Positions 50,072 to 59,600 of a DNA stretch of 64,000 nucleotides are shown here, one piece after another (position 1 is the first letter of the stretch; the number at the start of each line of letters is the position of its first letter). Position numbers and translations under genes: made by a program. The notes beneath the pieces were generated by a model. It saw only the letters and a program-made list of their open reading frames with translations, was not told the origin of the DNA and ran no database searches. The stretch spans positions 8,654-72,653 of the forward strand of contig SYHW01000060.1 in assembly GCA_005799065.1 (NCBI GenBank), in the 5' to 3' direction. This DNA is from Bacteroidota bacterium. GTDB taxonomy: Bacteria > Bacteroidota > Bacteroidia > UBA7662.

Positions 50072-50740
50072 TCAGCATTTTTCGCGCCAGCCCTCCTGGC
50101 CGAGTAGGGGAACGAAACGAAAATTCTCAAAAGTCTCGTGCGCAACCTCAGATGCTGAAATGCGTGTAATGCGCATCATTTTTTGACTGGCCTCATCGCC
50201 AACGGGAATCACCATCAATCCCCCGATTTTGAGTTGATTGACCAATGTTTGTGGGACTAATGGCGCCCCAGCGGTCACGATAATTCGGTCAAAAGGAGCA
50301 AATGCCGGTAAACCCAGGGTTCCGTCCCCAAAAAAGACCTTGATTTTTCGTCCCATGTGCAGAAGTCGTTCGCGCGTTGTCTGATACAATAAGCGTTGAC
50401 GCTCAACACTAAAAACCCGTGCCCCCATTTCTTCCAATACGCAGGCTTGATAGCCAGAACCCGTGCCGATTTCCAATACTTTCATGCGTTCCTCCACACA
50501 CAATATTTCCGTTTGAAAAGCAACGGTGTAGGGCTGAGAAATGGTTTGGCCTGCACCTATGGGCATGGCCTGGTCTGTATAGGCCAATTCAGTGAAAACA
50601 TTGTCGAGAAAGAAATGACGGGGCACACGACCCAAGGCGGCTAAAACACGCGCGTCTCTGATTCCTTTCTTTCTGACTTCCTCAACCAATTGTTGACGAA
50701 GTCCTTGGTGGCGAAAACTATCTGAAAGGACGGTCGACAT
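50072..50740 (-). CDS. pcm: Protein-L-isoaspartate O-methyltransferase
   Basis: GQTISQPY, VLEIGTGSGY, APFDRIIVTAG and FVPL motifs; -7 TATTTTTG at 50767-50760. Confidence 0.95.
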   Translation of the reverse strand: MSTVLSDSFRHQGLRQQLVEEVRKKGIRDARVLAALGRVPRHFFLDNVFTELAYTDQAMPIGAGQTISQPYTVAFQTEILCVEERMKVLEIGTGSGYQACVLEEMGARVFSVERQRLLYQTTRERLLHMGRKIKVFFGDGTLGLPAFAPFDRIIVTAGAPLVPQTLVNQLKIGGLMVIPVGDEASQKMMRITRISASEVAHETFENFRFVPLLGQEGWREKC

Positions 50741-50848
50741 GCTGCGAAGAATCAAGAGGCAAAAATAACCCATTGCGGCTTCGATAATCCGCGGCAGTCG
50801 TATAAATTACCAGCATTTAGCCCTATTTTCGCGTTTCTTAATTTCAAT

Positions 50849-51841
50849 ATGGCTCTATCCATCGGCGTATTGGGTGCAGGTCATCTCGGCAAAATCCACA
50901 TGCGCTGCCTGCGCGCCCTTCCCGAGCATTTCGATTTAAAGGGTTTTTATGACCCTGATGTCGAACAGGCAAAGCGTGTTTCCGAGTTGTTTGGACTTCC
51001 CGTCTTTGGTTCAATGGAGGCATTACTCGATGAAGTATCTGTTGTGGACATTGTTACCCCAACAATGACCCATTTTGCTTGTGCAGAGGCCGCAATCCGG
51101 CGGATGCGGCATGTTTTTATCGAAAAGCCACTCACACAGACCCTGGAAGAAGGACGTACATTGGTTCGCCTGGCTCAGGAGGCCGGAATAAAGGTGCAAG
51201 TGGGCCATGTGGAACGATTCAACCCCGCATTCCAGGCAGTGTTACCCCATTTACATCAGCCCAGATTCATAGAAGCGCATCGGCTCAGCTTGTTTAATCC
51301 ACGGGGAACAGATGTTTCGATTGTTCTGGACCTTATGATTCATGATATCGACGTTTTGTTGAGCGTAGTAGGTGGAGGCATACGAAAAATAAGCGCGAGC
51401 GGTGTTTGTGTGGTTTCGCCTACGCCAGACATCGCCAATGCCCGGATTGAATTTCACAACGGATGCGTAGCCAACCTCACAGCCAGTCGACTCAGTTTGA
51501 AGAACATGCGAAAAATGCGTTTTTTTCAATCTGATGCCTATTTATCGGTCGATTTTCTGAACCGCGAATCTGAGATTTTGCGCATGAGTGAAGATGAACC
51601 CATCACGACCGAATCGGCTACACCAGTCGATTTGGGTCCGCAATTGGGTACTCGTTGGATTACCCATGCGCGACAAAATCCTCCAGAAACCAATGCCATC
51701 ATGGAAGAACTGCGGTTATTCGCTGAATCCATCGAAGCGGGAAGTGAGCCTATAGTGGGCGTCGAAGCCGGATTTAAAGCTTTAGAAGTAGCTTTCGAAA
51801 TATTAGCGCAAATGAATGCGGCCGAACCCCCTAAAGAATGA
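50849..51841 (+). CDS. Gfo/Idh/MocA oxidoreductase (GnnA-like)
   Basis: GAGHLG, IEKP, QVGHVERFNPA and DLMIHDID motifs. Confidence 0.88.
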   Translation: MALSIGVLGAGHLGKIHMRCLRALPEHFDLKGFYDPDVEQAKRVSELFGLPVFGSMEALLDEVSVVDIVTPTMTHFACAEAAIRRMRHVFIEKPLTQTLEEGRTLVRLAQEAGIKVQVGHVERFNPAFQAVLPHLHQPRFIEAHRLSLFNPRGTDVSIVLDLMIHDIDVLLSVVGGGIRKISASGVCVVSPTPDIANARIEFHNGCVANLTASRLSLKNMRKMRFFQSDAYLSVDFLNRESEILRMSEDEPITTESATPVDLGPQLGTRWITHARQNPPETNAIMEELRLFAESIEAGSEPIVGVEAGFKALEVAFEILAQMNAAEPPKE

Positions 51842-52695
51842 AGATATTTTTTGCTTTTGCGTTGATGTGGGTGCTCATGGGCTGTAGTTTGTATACAGCG
51901 GATCGGGGAATTCCATCATACATCTACATACCCGGCTTCAACCTAACCACAACCTATGCCGAACATGGAAGCGGAAGTTCAAACATTAAAGATGTCTGGG
52001 TATTTATCGACGGAGACCTACAGGGGGTTTATCCGCTGCCTGCACATTTCCCGATCTTAAGAGAAGGACCAATTGATTTTCAATTGAGCGCAGGGGTCAT
52101 TCTCAACGGCATCTCTGCCACCCGTTCAATTTATCCATTTTACACCCAGGCAAATGCCTCGGCGGAGCTGAACGCAGGCCAGACTGATACCATTTTGCCA
52201 GGAGTTACATACCGGACATCCGCCCAATTTACGTGGATGGAGGATTTCGAAGGTCAAGGCTTCAGCCTTCGGACGTCGCCCTCGAGCGACACCAACATCG
52301 GTAGGGCAGATAACCCAGCCGAGGTTTTTGAGGGCGCAAGATCGATGTATATTGCGGTGGACCAGCGCGCGCCTTATTTTCAAGCAGAAGGCATACAGAC
52401 TTTTTCGCCGCCTGGCGTTGGCTTGTTTCCAGTATTTCTAGAACTCAACTACCGGAACACCCAGGCATTCGAAATTGGTCTACAGATCATTGGCCCGGCC
52501 GGTTCCATCACTGACCTTCCCATCGTGGTATTTGCGCCTTCTCCCAATGAATGGAAGAAGCAGTACGTCAATTTTTCACCATTTCTCCAACGAACACCGG
52601 GCTATACCTATCGCGTTTTGATCACAGCGCGCCACGAGGCCTCCTTGGGCCAAACGGGAACGATCTGGCTCGATAATTTGAAGTTATTGTGGTGA
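51838..52695 (+). CDS. Hypothetical lipoprotein
   Basis: Lipobox LMGC; beta-rich; overlaps both neighbours. Confidence 0.75.
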   Translation: MKIFFAFALMWVLMGCSLYTADRGIPSYIYIPGFNLTTTYAEHGSGSSNIKDVWVFIDGDLQGVYPLPAHFPILREGPIDFQLSAGVILNGISATRSIYPFYTQANASAELNAGQTDTILPGVTYRTSAQFTWMEDFEGQGFSLRTSPSSDTNIGRADNPAEVFEGARSMYIAVDQRAPYFQAEGIQTFSPPGVGLFPVFLELNYRNTQAFEIGLQIIGPAGSITDLPIVVFAPSPNEWKKQYVNFSPFLQRTPGYTYRVLITARHEASLGQTGTIWLDNLKLLW

Positions 52696-54113
52696 ACCGG
52701 AAGCGAATTGATGCCTTACTATACGCTGCGGGAGACTGGCTATCAGCCTTACTCGCATGGTTTTTATTTTTCCGATACCGCAAACTCTACGTTGAACGAC
52801 TTCCATTATACACAAGCGATTGGACCGATCTCGACTCAAATCTCATCAAGGGTCTTTTGGTTGTTCCAATGTGCTGGTTATTGTTATATGCGGCCTCCGG
52901 AACCTACAACGATATTTATAGAAAGTCGAGGCTCAACGAACTGGCCGGTACATTTTTAGTCACCCTCATTGGGGTCGTGGCCCTGTTTTTTGCATTGATT
53001 CTGGATGACCAAATCATTAGTTATAAGAATTATTACAACAGTTTATTGGTATTATTCTGCCTTCATTTTACCCTTACTTTTTGTTCACGTTACACACAAT
53101 TATCCATAATTTCGGGTAGATTGTATGCGGGTAAGATTACGTTCAAGACCTTGCTGGTCGGCGATAATCTACGTGCACTCAATCTACTCGATGAGATGAA
53201 GCGCCAGCGAAAACCAACAGGAAATCAGTTCATCGGATGCATTCGGCTTACCAATGGTTCACCGCACGGCAGCCTCCATGGCGTTTTACCTTCGTTGGGT
53301 TATTTAGCGGATCTTCCTGATTTGATTCGTAGAAATGGGGTGGAAGAAATAGTGTTGGCACTCGATGAAAAGGAGCACCACCGCTACAATGAGGTGGTAA
53401 ACCTCATTCGCGATGAGGGTGTGATCATCAAGATCGTACCCGAGATGTACGACATCATGCTCGGGCACGTCAAAATGCAGCACATTTTTGGACTGTTGTT
53501 GATTGAAATTTATCCTGATTTGATGCCCCCATGGCAAGTGAGCATCAAACGAATGGTGGACCTTCTCGTATCGACATCGGCCTTAATGCTATTGGCCCCC
53601 CTTATGTTGTATTGTGCCATTCGGGTGAGAATGGGTTCAAAAGGCCCTGTTTTGTTTCGTCAGGAGAGAATTGGGCTGGCGGGCAAGCCCTTTGTTATTT
53701 ATAAATTCCGGTCGATGGTGGTCGATGCTGAGGTCAACGGTCCGGCCCTTTCGAGTGCGCATGATCCACGCATCACTACTTTTGGGCGCAGCTTACGCAA
53801 ATGGCGACTGGACGAACTACCACAATTCTACAATGTCTTGCTTGGGGACATGTCATTGGTTGGGCCACGTCCCGAACGTCGCTTCTACATCGAACAACTG
53901 ATGGAAGTGGCCCCTCAATACAAGCATTTGCTCAAGGTGAAACCTGGAATAACCAGTTGGGGGCAAGTCAAATATGGGTATGCAGAAAATTTAGCCCAAA
54001 TGTTGGAGCGATTGAAATATGATTTGCTCTATATCGAGAATCGGTCGCTTTTGGTCGACTTTAAGATACTCATATACACCCTGATCATCTTGGTGGAGGG
54101 AAAAGGAAAATAA
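52689..54113 (+). CDS. Polyprenyl glycosylphosphotransferase (WcaJ/WbaP-type priming sugar transferase)
   Basis: N-terminal TM helices; KFRSM, DPRIT, LDELPQF.NVL.GDMSLVGPRPE and KPGIT.WGQ motifs. Confidence 0.93.
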   Translation: MVNRKRIDALLYAAGDWLSALLAWFLFFRYRKLYVERLPLYTSDWTDLDSNLIKGLLVVPMCWLLLYAASGTYNDIYRKSRLNELAGTFLVTLIGVVALFFALILDDQIISYKNYYNSLLVLFCLHFTLTFCSRYTQLSIISGRLYAGKITFKTLLVGDNLRALNLLDEMKRQRKPTGNQFIGCIRLTNGSPHGSLHGVLPSLGYLADLPDLIRRNGVEEIVLALDEKEHHRYNEVVNLIRDEGVIIKIVPEMYDIMLGHVKMQHIFGLLLIEIYPDLMPPWQVSIKRMVDLLVSTSALMLLAPLMLYCAIRVRMGSKGPVLFRQERIGLAGKPFVIYKFRSMVVDAEVNGPALSSAHDPRITTFGRSLRKWRLDELPQFYNVLLGDMSLVGPRPERRFYIEQLMEVAPQYKHLLKVKPGITSWGQVKYGYAENLAQMLERLKYDLLYIENRSLLVDFKILIYTLIILVEGKGK

Positions 54114-54120
54114 AATCTAC

Positions 54121-54669
54121 CTAAAAATCGGCCCCAGACCATTGTATGCGGAAATCTGGTGCCATCAACAGCTGGGTTTTTTTACGCCCTTTATGGTTAA
54201 CACTTACCACATATCGTTGCTCTGGAAAATCCTGAGTCAGTAGGGTATTCACGAACGTCCATTCGAACGTGTCTGTTGTACCCAATTCATGCTCCATGTA
54301 GAGCCAAATAGAATCGTCTTCGCGCTCGCATCCCACGTAATTCAATTCAATTGAACGAGAATCTGCACTGATCTGTATCTCCTTTCGGAGTGTGGATGAA
54401 AGCATCCAGAAATTCGTGGAACTATCGCCCAGGGTCAGGTCAACGGTTTTTTTGAATTGCTTGCCCAATGTCCACTCAAGATCATCCGAAAATACCCGGA
54501 TGGCTATTTCCAGGTGCGTTCGATCGATATGCAATTCAACCAAGCCAAGGTGAAAAGGATGCGGCATGGGGTGCGGCAGCACATTAGGGTGATCAACAGG
54601 CTGCTTTGCGAAAGAAAACATTACAATAAAATGTAAAATAACAGTAAATAATACTGATTTTACATTCAT
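54121..54669 (-). CDS. Exported conserved protein (DUF6702-like)
   Basis: Signal peptide then HPFHLG...IRVFSDDLE...NTLL...FPEQ. Confidence 0.7.
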   Translation of the reverse strand: MNVKSVLFTVILHFIVMFSFAKQPVDHPNVLPHPMPHPFHLGLVELHIDRTHLEIAIRVFSDDLEWTLGKQFKKTVDLTLGDSSTNFWMLSSTLRKEIQISADSRSIELNYVGCEREDDSIWLYMEHELGTTDTFEWTFVNTLLTQDFPEQRYVVSVNHKGRKKTQLLMAPDFRIQWSGADF

Positions 54670-54749
54670 TATTTGGTATGAGGAGCCATGCATAATGGTT
54701 TCTTCGGATCGGTTAGTTGCAAATGATCTATTTGATGCAATTCTATTGA

Positions 54750-55391
54750 TTATACCCCCGACCAAGCCGCTGGGTTTTCCCTCCATTGGCTTAACAATGT
54801 TAACTCCGTTGCTGTAAGTGCCCCCGATAATCGGGCCATGCTCAAAAGGGTGGGGTAGTCGCATAAACTAAAGAAAGGAATCTCGGCTTCTTTAAATAGC
54901 GTTTGAGCCTGATCGAATCCATAACTGAAGACCGAAACAATACACAGTACCTTCATATCGGCATCCTGAACGGCTCTAGCCGCCTTCAATGAACTGCCCC
55001 CTGTCGAAATTAAATCCTCGATCAGCACAATACCCGAATGAGGAAATGTCTGTCCTTCTATTTGCTGGCCGCGACCGTGTTGCTTGGGCTCAGGGCGCAC
55101 ATAAAGCATAGGCAGCTGAAGTCGATCAGCCACCAAGGCCGCCTGTGGGATTCCAGCTGTGGCTACCCCTGCAATGGCCCGTGCCTCTGGAACATATTGT
55201 TGGATGTGATGAGCAAGCGCGTCGGCAATAAAGGTTCTTGCATAGGGATCACCCAAGGTAAGTCGGTTATCACAGTAGATTGGCGAGAGCCAACCACTTG
55301 CCCATTTAAATGGAGATTTTGGGGATAAACTAACGGCTTTTATTTTTAGCAGAAGTTTCGCAACTTGTTCGGCTGTTTCTTGTGGATTCAT
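54750..55391 (-). CDS. pyrE: Orotate phosphoribosyltransferase
   Basis: WASGWLSPIYCDNR and PRPP motif LIEDLISTGGS. Confidence 0.96.
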   Translation of the reverse strand: MNPQETAEQVAKLLLKIKAVSLSPKSPFKWASGWLSPIYCDNRLTLGDPYARTFIADALAHHIQQYVPEARAIAGVATAGIPQAALVADRLQLPMLYVRPEPKQHGRGQQIEGQTFPHSGIVLIEDLISTGGSSLKAARAVQDADMKVLCIVSVFSYGFDQAQTLFKEAEIPFFSLCDYPTLLSMARLSGALTATELTLLSQWRENPAAWSGV

Positions 55392-55393
55392 AC

Positions 55394-56041
55394 ATGCAAA
55401 AATACCTCATTTTTTTCTCGGATCGCGTGATCAACTTTTCATCGAATGAGCGTTGGACGCCTCAGACAGGCCATATAGTTTTGCAAGGCTTGAAAGCAAA
55501 AGACCTCCATCGTTGGTTAAAGAAGCTGGAGCAAGATCCTGGTATTAAAGAAATAACACTACAAGTAGAAGATCCCAAGACGGCCTTCCTCGAATTTATT
55601 GATTCGATGAAGAAGATTCAAGCAGCCGGCGGGGTAGTTACTATGGCCGGCAGGGCCCTTTTCATTCACCGGTTTGGTCGCTGGGATTTGCCCAAAGGGA
55701 AAATGGAGCCTAGTGAAACGCCCGAGCAAACGGCATTGCGGGAGGTCGAAGAGGAGTGTGGGGTGGGGGAGTTGACACTGGAGCGTCGTTTTTCAGATAC
55801 ATTTCATATCTACTTCTATGAAGGACAATATGTGGTCAAACAAACGTACTGGTTTGGGATGTCGACCCGCTATTGTGGTGAACTCAAACCGCAATGGGAA
55901 GAGGGAATCGAAGAAGTGGCTTGGATGGAGCCATCAACTTGGGATCAGCTCATCTTGCCCCAAACTTATCCATCCCTTGTGCCCTTATTGATGGAGGCCA
56001 AGCAGTGGATGCAGCCGACGCTTGCGTTGGATATTCGGTGA
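55394..56041 (+). CDS. NUDIX hydrolase
   Basis: WDLPKG plus Nudix box GKMEPSETPEQTALREVEEECG. Confidence 0.92.
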   Translation: MQKYLIFFSDRVINFSSNERWTPQTGHIVLQGLKAKDLHRWLKKLEQDPGIKEITLQVEDPKTAFLEFIDSMKKIQAAGGVVTMAGRALFIHRFGRWDLPKGKMEPSETPEQTALREVEEECGVGELTLERRFSDTFHIYFYEGQYVVKQTYWFGMSTRYCGELKPQWEEGIEEVAWMEPSTWDQLILPQTYPSLVPLLMEAKQWMQPTLALDIR

Positions 56042-56059
56042 TTGAATATTGGTCATTCT

Positions 56060-56527
56060 TTACTTTTGAGCGGGTAGAAGCAAACCCTCGGGCAAAAGAG
56101 TGGATGGGTCTCCGCCGTGTCGAATAATGTCCCGCACAAGTGTCGATGATATGTGATTGGCTTTCGGATCACCCGCTAAAAACAGCGTATCGACACCATA
56201 CAATTCCAAGTTCAATTGGGCAATGTTGCGTTCATATTCGAAGTCTTGTGCGCTGCGAAGTCCCCTCAAAATCCAGTTGATTCCTTCTTTTCGACAAAAA
56301 ACAGCGGTTAATCCGGTGTAGGATAAAATTTCCACCCGATCCATGGGTCCAAAAGCCTGTTTAAGCATCTGGATTCGTTCATCCCTTGTAAACAGGCTAG
56401 ATTTTCCTTGGTTCTCACCGATTCCGATTTTGATTTGTGCGAACTGCTTTAAACCCCGCTCAACAAGGAGGTAGTGGCCGAGTGTAATGGGATCAAAAGT
56501 CCCAGGGAATAGGGCGGTGCCGTTCAC
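56060..56527 (-). CDS. coaD: Pantetheine-phosphate adenylyltransferase
   Basis: FPGTFDPITLGH, RGLRSAQDFEYE and ISSTLVR motifs. Start GTG 56527. Confidence 0.95.
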   Translation of the reverse strand: MNGTALFPGTFDPITLGHYLLVERGLKQFAQIKIGIGENQGKSSLFTRDERIQMLKQAFGPMDRVEILSYTGLTAVFCRKEGINWILRGLRSAQDFEYERNIAQLNLELYGVDTLFLAGDPKANHISSTLVRDIIRHGGDPSTLLPEGLLLPAQK

Positions 56528-56537
56528 AAAGTTGTGA

Positions 56538-57074
56538 TTATGAAGAGGGAACCTCAAATATACTAAAAACAGCCTCCCCATAGCGGCGCGATTCTTGAAA
56601 ACCTGTTTGAGTGCCAAAATCGTGCGCCCGGTCATGTTCCAGGATCAAAAGCCCTCCATTGGACAGCAGCTTCGATTCCATGATTTTTTGAGGTAAGGCG
56701 TGCATCTGAGGAAGTCGATAGGGTGGATCAGCAAAAACCAATTCTACGGGTGTTGCCCGTTGAATAAAGGCCAGGGCATCGGCACAAACCACGTCCACAG
56801 GAAGTTTCCATTCTTGAGCGATTGACCTAATGGCATCACAGCAAGCCCTTTGTATATCGACACAGGTCGCTTGAATAACGCCTCTGGAGAGCATTTCAAA
56901 ACTAACCGCGCCTGTTCCAGCAAACAACTCGATCAGCGTGCAATTCGAAAAATCCACTTGGTTGGATAACCAATTGAAGAGCGACGCTCGCGCTCGGTCA
57001 GTAGTGGGGCGAACATGAGGCAGATGAGGAACATTTAATGTTCGACCACGCAAACTGCCCCCTGTAATGCGCAT
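56538..57074 (-). CDS. rsmD: 16S rRNA m2G966 methyltransferase
   Basis: MRITGG, RPTTDR, LFAGTG and DPPY motifs. Confidence 0.92.
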   Translation of the reverse strand: MRITGGSLRGRTLNVPHLPHVRPTTDRARASLFNWLSNQVDFSNCTLIELFAGTGAVSFEMLSRGVIQATCVDIQRACCDAIRSIAQEWKLPVDVVCADALAFIQRATPVELVFADPPYRLPQMHALPQKIMESKLLSNGGLLILEHDRAHDFGTQTGFQESRRYGEAVFSIFEVPSS

Positions 57075-58009
57075 CAGAATGGGTTGCGGATGATGTAACG
57101 GGCCAATGCAGGCAACGAACGGTTGGTCATCAGGCGCCAGGGCTCTGAGTCAACCAGTGATGGATCATCAAAAATCCAATCTGAAACGATACAATCTCCA
57201 AATGAATCCGCTATTTTGTCACGGAGCAGATGCACTTCAGCTTGGTCGAAACCCGCTAGGTAGGCCGATTTTGATTGACCTTGGTCGAAAAGTAACGCAT
57301 AATAGAGGACATCCTCAGGGTTTTCTGCGGTAAATGTATTGAATCCTGACAAATTGCCATGGTTTCTTTGCGCTACTAAAATGCGGTGATCGAGCCTTGC
57401 TATCATTAATTCGGGCTGATGGGATGGCTTAATGGCATCGGATTCTGGGGCATTCAAAAACCGAGACAAAAGGGCCGCCTCCAATGCAATGATCGTATGG
57501 GCTTGGAAAAGGGTACCAACTGCACTGATGAGCGCAGCATTAAATCGTGTCGCAACGACCACTTCCGATTCGTGAATGTGAAATAAGAGGGGCTCAGATG
57601 ACTGCTCTGAAACACCAAACAGCAGGTTTAGTGAATCCTTGGGTAGTTGGTCGCGGCATACCGACAAGGGTATGGCACAACAAGCTTCCGCCGCAATCAT
57701 TAAAATAGGGGAAGCATCCTGGGCTAAAGGCTTCCGAAAAATCAATGATGGAACATGGTCGCCGATGGTGTTGGATAACCACTTAAACTGCTCAGCCATA
57801 CTGCGCTGATCCCAATGTGTAGGAAAACACCCTTGCAAACAGAGCTTGATTGTGTTGCTTACATCATTGCAACCCAAAAGTGACCATTCTCCCGTGCCCA
57901 AGGTCAAAATCCAGCGGGTGATTTGACCGGTAGAAATCAGATTATCTACAGGGTCGGCCGACCAAAGCCGAGTATTGGGTTCATTCCCAATTTCCAGAAA
58001 GGCTGGCAT
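57074..58009 (-). CDS. DUF3822-like protein
   Basis: FNTF....EDVLYY motif and position upstream of rsmD; divergent sequence. Confidence 0.6.
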   Translation of the reverse strand: MPAFLEIGNEPNTRLWSADPVDNLISTGQITRWILTLGTGEWSLLGCNDVSNTIKLCLQGCFPTHWDQRSMAEQFKWLSNTIGDHVPSLIFRKPLAQDASPILMIAAEACCAIPLSVCRDQLPKDSLNLLFGVSEQSSEPLLFHIHESEVVVATRFNAALISAVGTLFQAHTIIALEAALLSRFLNAPESDAIKPSHQPELMIARLDHRILVAQRNHGNLSGFNTFTAENPEDVLYYALLFDQGQSKSAYLAGFDQAEVHLLRDKIADSFGDCIVSDWIFDDPSLVDSEPWRLMTNRSLPALARYIIRNPF

Positions 58010-58517
58010 CGGTCATCGAACCCACCCTCAACACCTTACGCGTGTCGAACGGCACTGTATCTTCAACTTCAAAAACGCTAATCTCTACGGCTCCTTTTTT
58101 GATTTTACCTGCTCTTAATTGAAACATTTTGCCATCGGTAAAGGGAATGAATGGGAGTGAATCAATCGATTTATTCCGGAAGATTGAATCTTTAATACTC
58201 ACATACATTGTTTCATATTTTATCCCTTTAAGCACATCCAGCGAATCATCGGGGTTTCCAATCACTTTTGTTACTTTAAACTTGCCGTCGCGGGCGACGA
58301 TCATTAATGAATCCCAATTGTCTGCAAATTGACCTTTCACCTCTCTATATGCCACCTGTGCATCGCGAATGAGCTTCAAACGATTTATGACTTGAGCATA
58401 ACGCCTGTCGCGTTCTTTCTCGAATCTAATGGGCTCAGCGATCGACTCTACCAACAGGTATGAGAGCACCACAACGACCAAAAACAGGACTATTTGGATG
58501 ATGGAATTACGTTTCAT
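57981..58517 (-). CDS. Conserved membrane-anchored hypothetical protein
   Basis: N-terminal TM, PIRF...RL..IR.AQ.AY, C-terminal VGSM......GNWE. Confidence 0.78.
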   Translation of the reverse strand: MKRNSIIQIVLFLVVVVLSYLLVESIAEPIRFEKERDRRYAQVINRLKLIRDAQVAYREVKGQFADNWDSLMIVARDGKFKVTKVIGNPDDSLDVLKGIKYETMYVSIKDSIFRNKSIDSLPFIPFTDGKMFQLRAGKIKKGAVEISVFEVEDTVPFDTRKVLRVGSMTDASLSGNWE

Positions 58518-58595
58518 ATGTCATTCAATTGACCGGCAATTATAGTGGTTTTCTCGCAAGCGTGCAAGGTCAAAGAGGTAATCATGCCGTTGAGG

Positions 58596-58603
58596 TAATT
58601 TTG
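58596..58603 (+). promoter_or_regulatory. -7 promoter element upstream of the MerR regulator
   Basis: TAATTTTG. Confidence 0.45.
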
Positions 58604-58712
58604 GAGTGAATATGCACGAACAATTCCATTCCGGTTCCTGACCGCTGCCTTGTTCAACATGAAAATAAAATTTCAAAAGAAAACAATCTATAAACCCGTG
58701 TGTTTTGTAGGC

Positions 58713-59600
58713 GTGAATCAGTTTTCAATCAAAGATATGGAGGTTTTGAGTGGTGTGAAAGCACATACCATTCGCATGTGGGAGCAAAGATTCCATATGT
58801 TTGAACCCCGCCGAACCCCCGGAAACATTCGCTACTATAATGATTCCGACCTCAAAAAATTATTAAACCTGTCATTTTTGACGCAACAAGGGTATAAAGT
58901 ATCTGTGTTGGCGCGCATGAGTGAGGAGGAGCTCTCGAGAAGGGTGGTCGATTTAAGTCTGACATGTACAGGCGTTGAAAGTCGGATTCAGTCACTGACC
59001 ATGCATATGCTACAGCTGAATGAGTTGGGATTTACCCAGCTCTTATCCGTTTTCATTAAGGAATCTGGCTTAGAACGGGTCATGCTGGATATCGTATTCC
59101 CTTTTTTTCGTGCCATTGGCTTTATGTGGCAAACAGGAACCATCACTCCAGCACACGAACATTTCATCACCCACCTGATTCGCCAAAAGTTGATTGTATC
59201 GATCGATCAGATGGATTTTGTTCAGCAGGAGGCTGCAAAAAAGTATTTGCTTTTTCTTCCGGAAGGTGAATTCCACGAATTAGGGTTGCTCTTCGCGCAT
59301 TATGTTATTCGCTCCAGGGGGCACGAAACCATTTACTTAGGAGCCAATGTGCCGTATGCTGATCTCAAGACCGTGTATTCGACCTACAAACCACAGTCTA
59401 TATTGTGTATTTTGACTTCAGCCCAGGTCGACTTAACCGCCTCTGAGTATTTGAATCAACTATCTTCGGATTTCCCGAAGGCACAGATTATGGCATCAGG
59501 AAAATTTGCCTTAGATTCAGCTGATGAAATTAGGTCAACACGAATAACATTGATGCGCGACTTCACGGATCTGATTGAACAGTTTGAGACCGTATGCTGA
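58713..59600 (+). CDS. MerR-family regulator with B12-binding domain (CarH/LitR-like)
   Basis: HTH FSIKDME.LSGVKAHTIRMWEQR; W-x9-EH (WQTGTITPAHEH); ExHxxG (EFHELG); YLG.NVP. Start GTG 58713. Confidence 0.88.
   Translation: MNQFSIKDMEVLSGVKAHTIRMWEQRFHMFEPRRTPGNIRYYNDSDLKKLLNLSFLTQQGYKVSVLARMSEEELSRRVVDLSLTCTGVESRIQSLTMHMLQLNELGFTQLLSVFIKESGLERVMLDIVFPFFRAIGFMWQTGTITPAHEHFITHLIRQKLIVSIDQMDFVQQEAAKKYLLFLPEGEFHELGLLFAHYVIRSRGHETIYLGANVPYADLKTVYSTYKPQSILCILTSAQVDLTASEYLNQLSSDFPKAQIMASGKFALDSADEIRSTRITLMRDFTDLIEQFETVC

Noticed and set aside
58518..58712. Cobalamin riboswitch or CarH operator repeats upstream of the MerR gene
   Set aside because: No recognisable B12-box; only two weak AAAC repeats at 11-bp spacing, which is insufficient.
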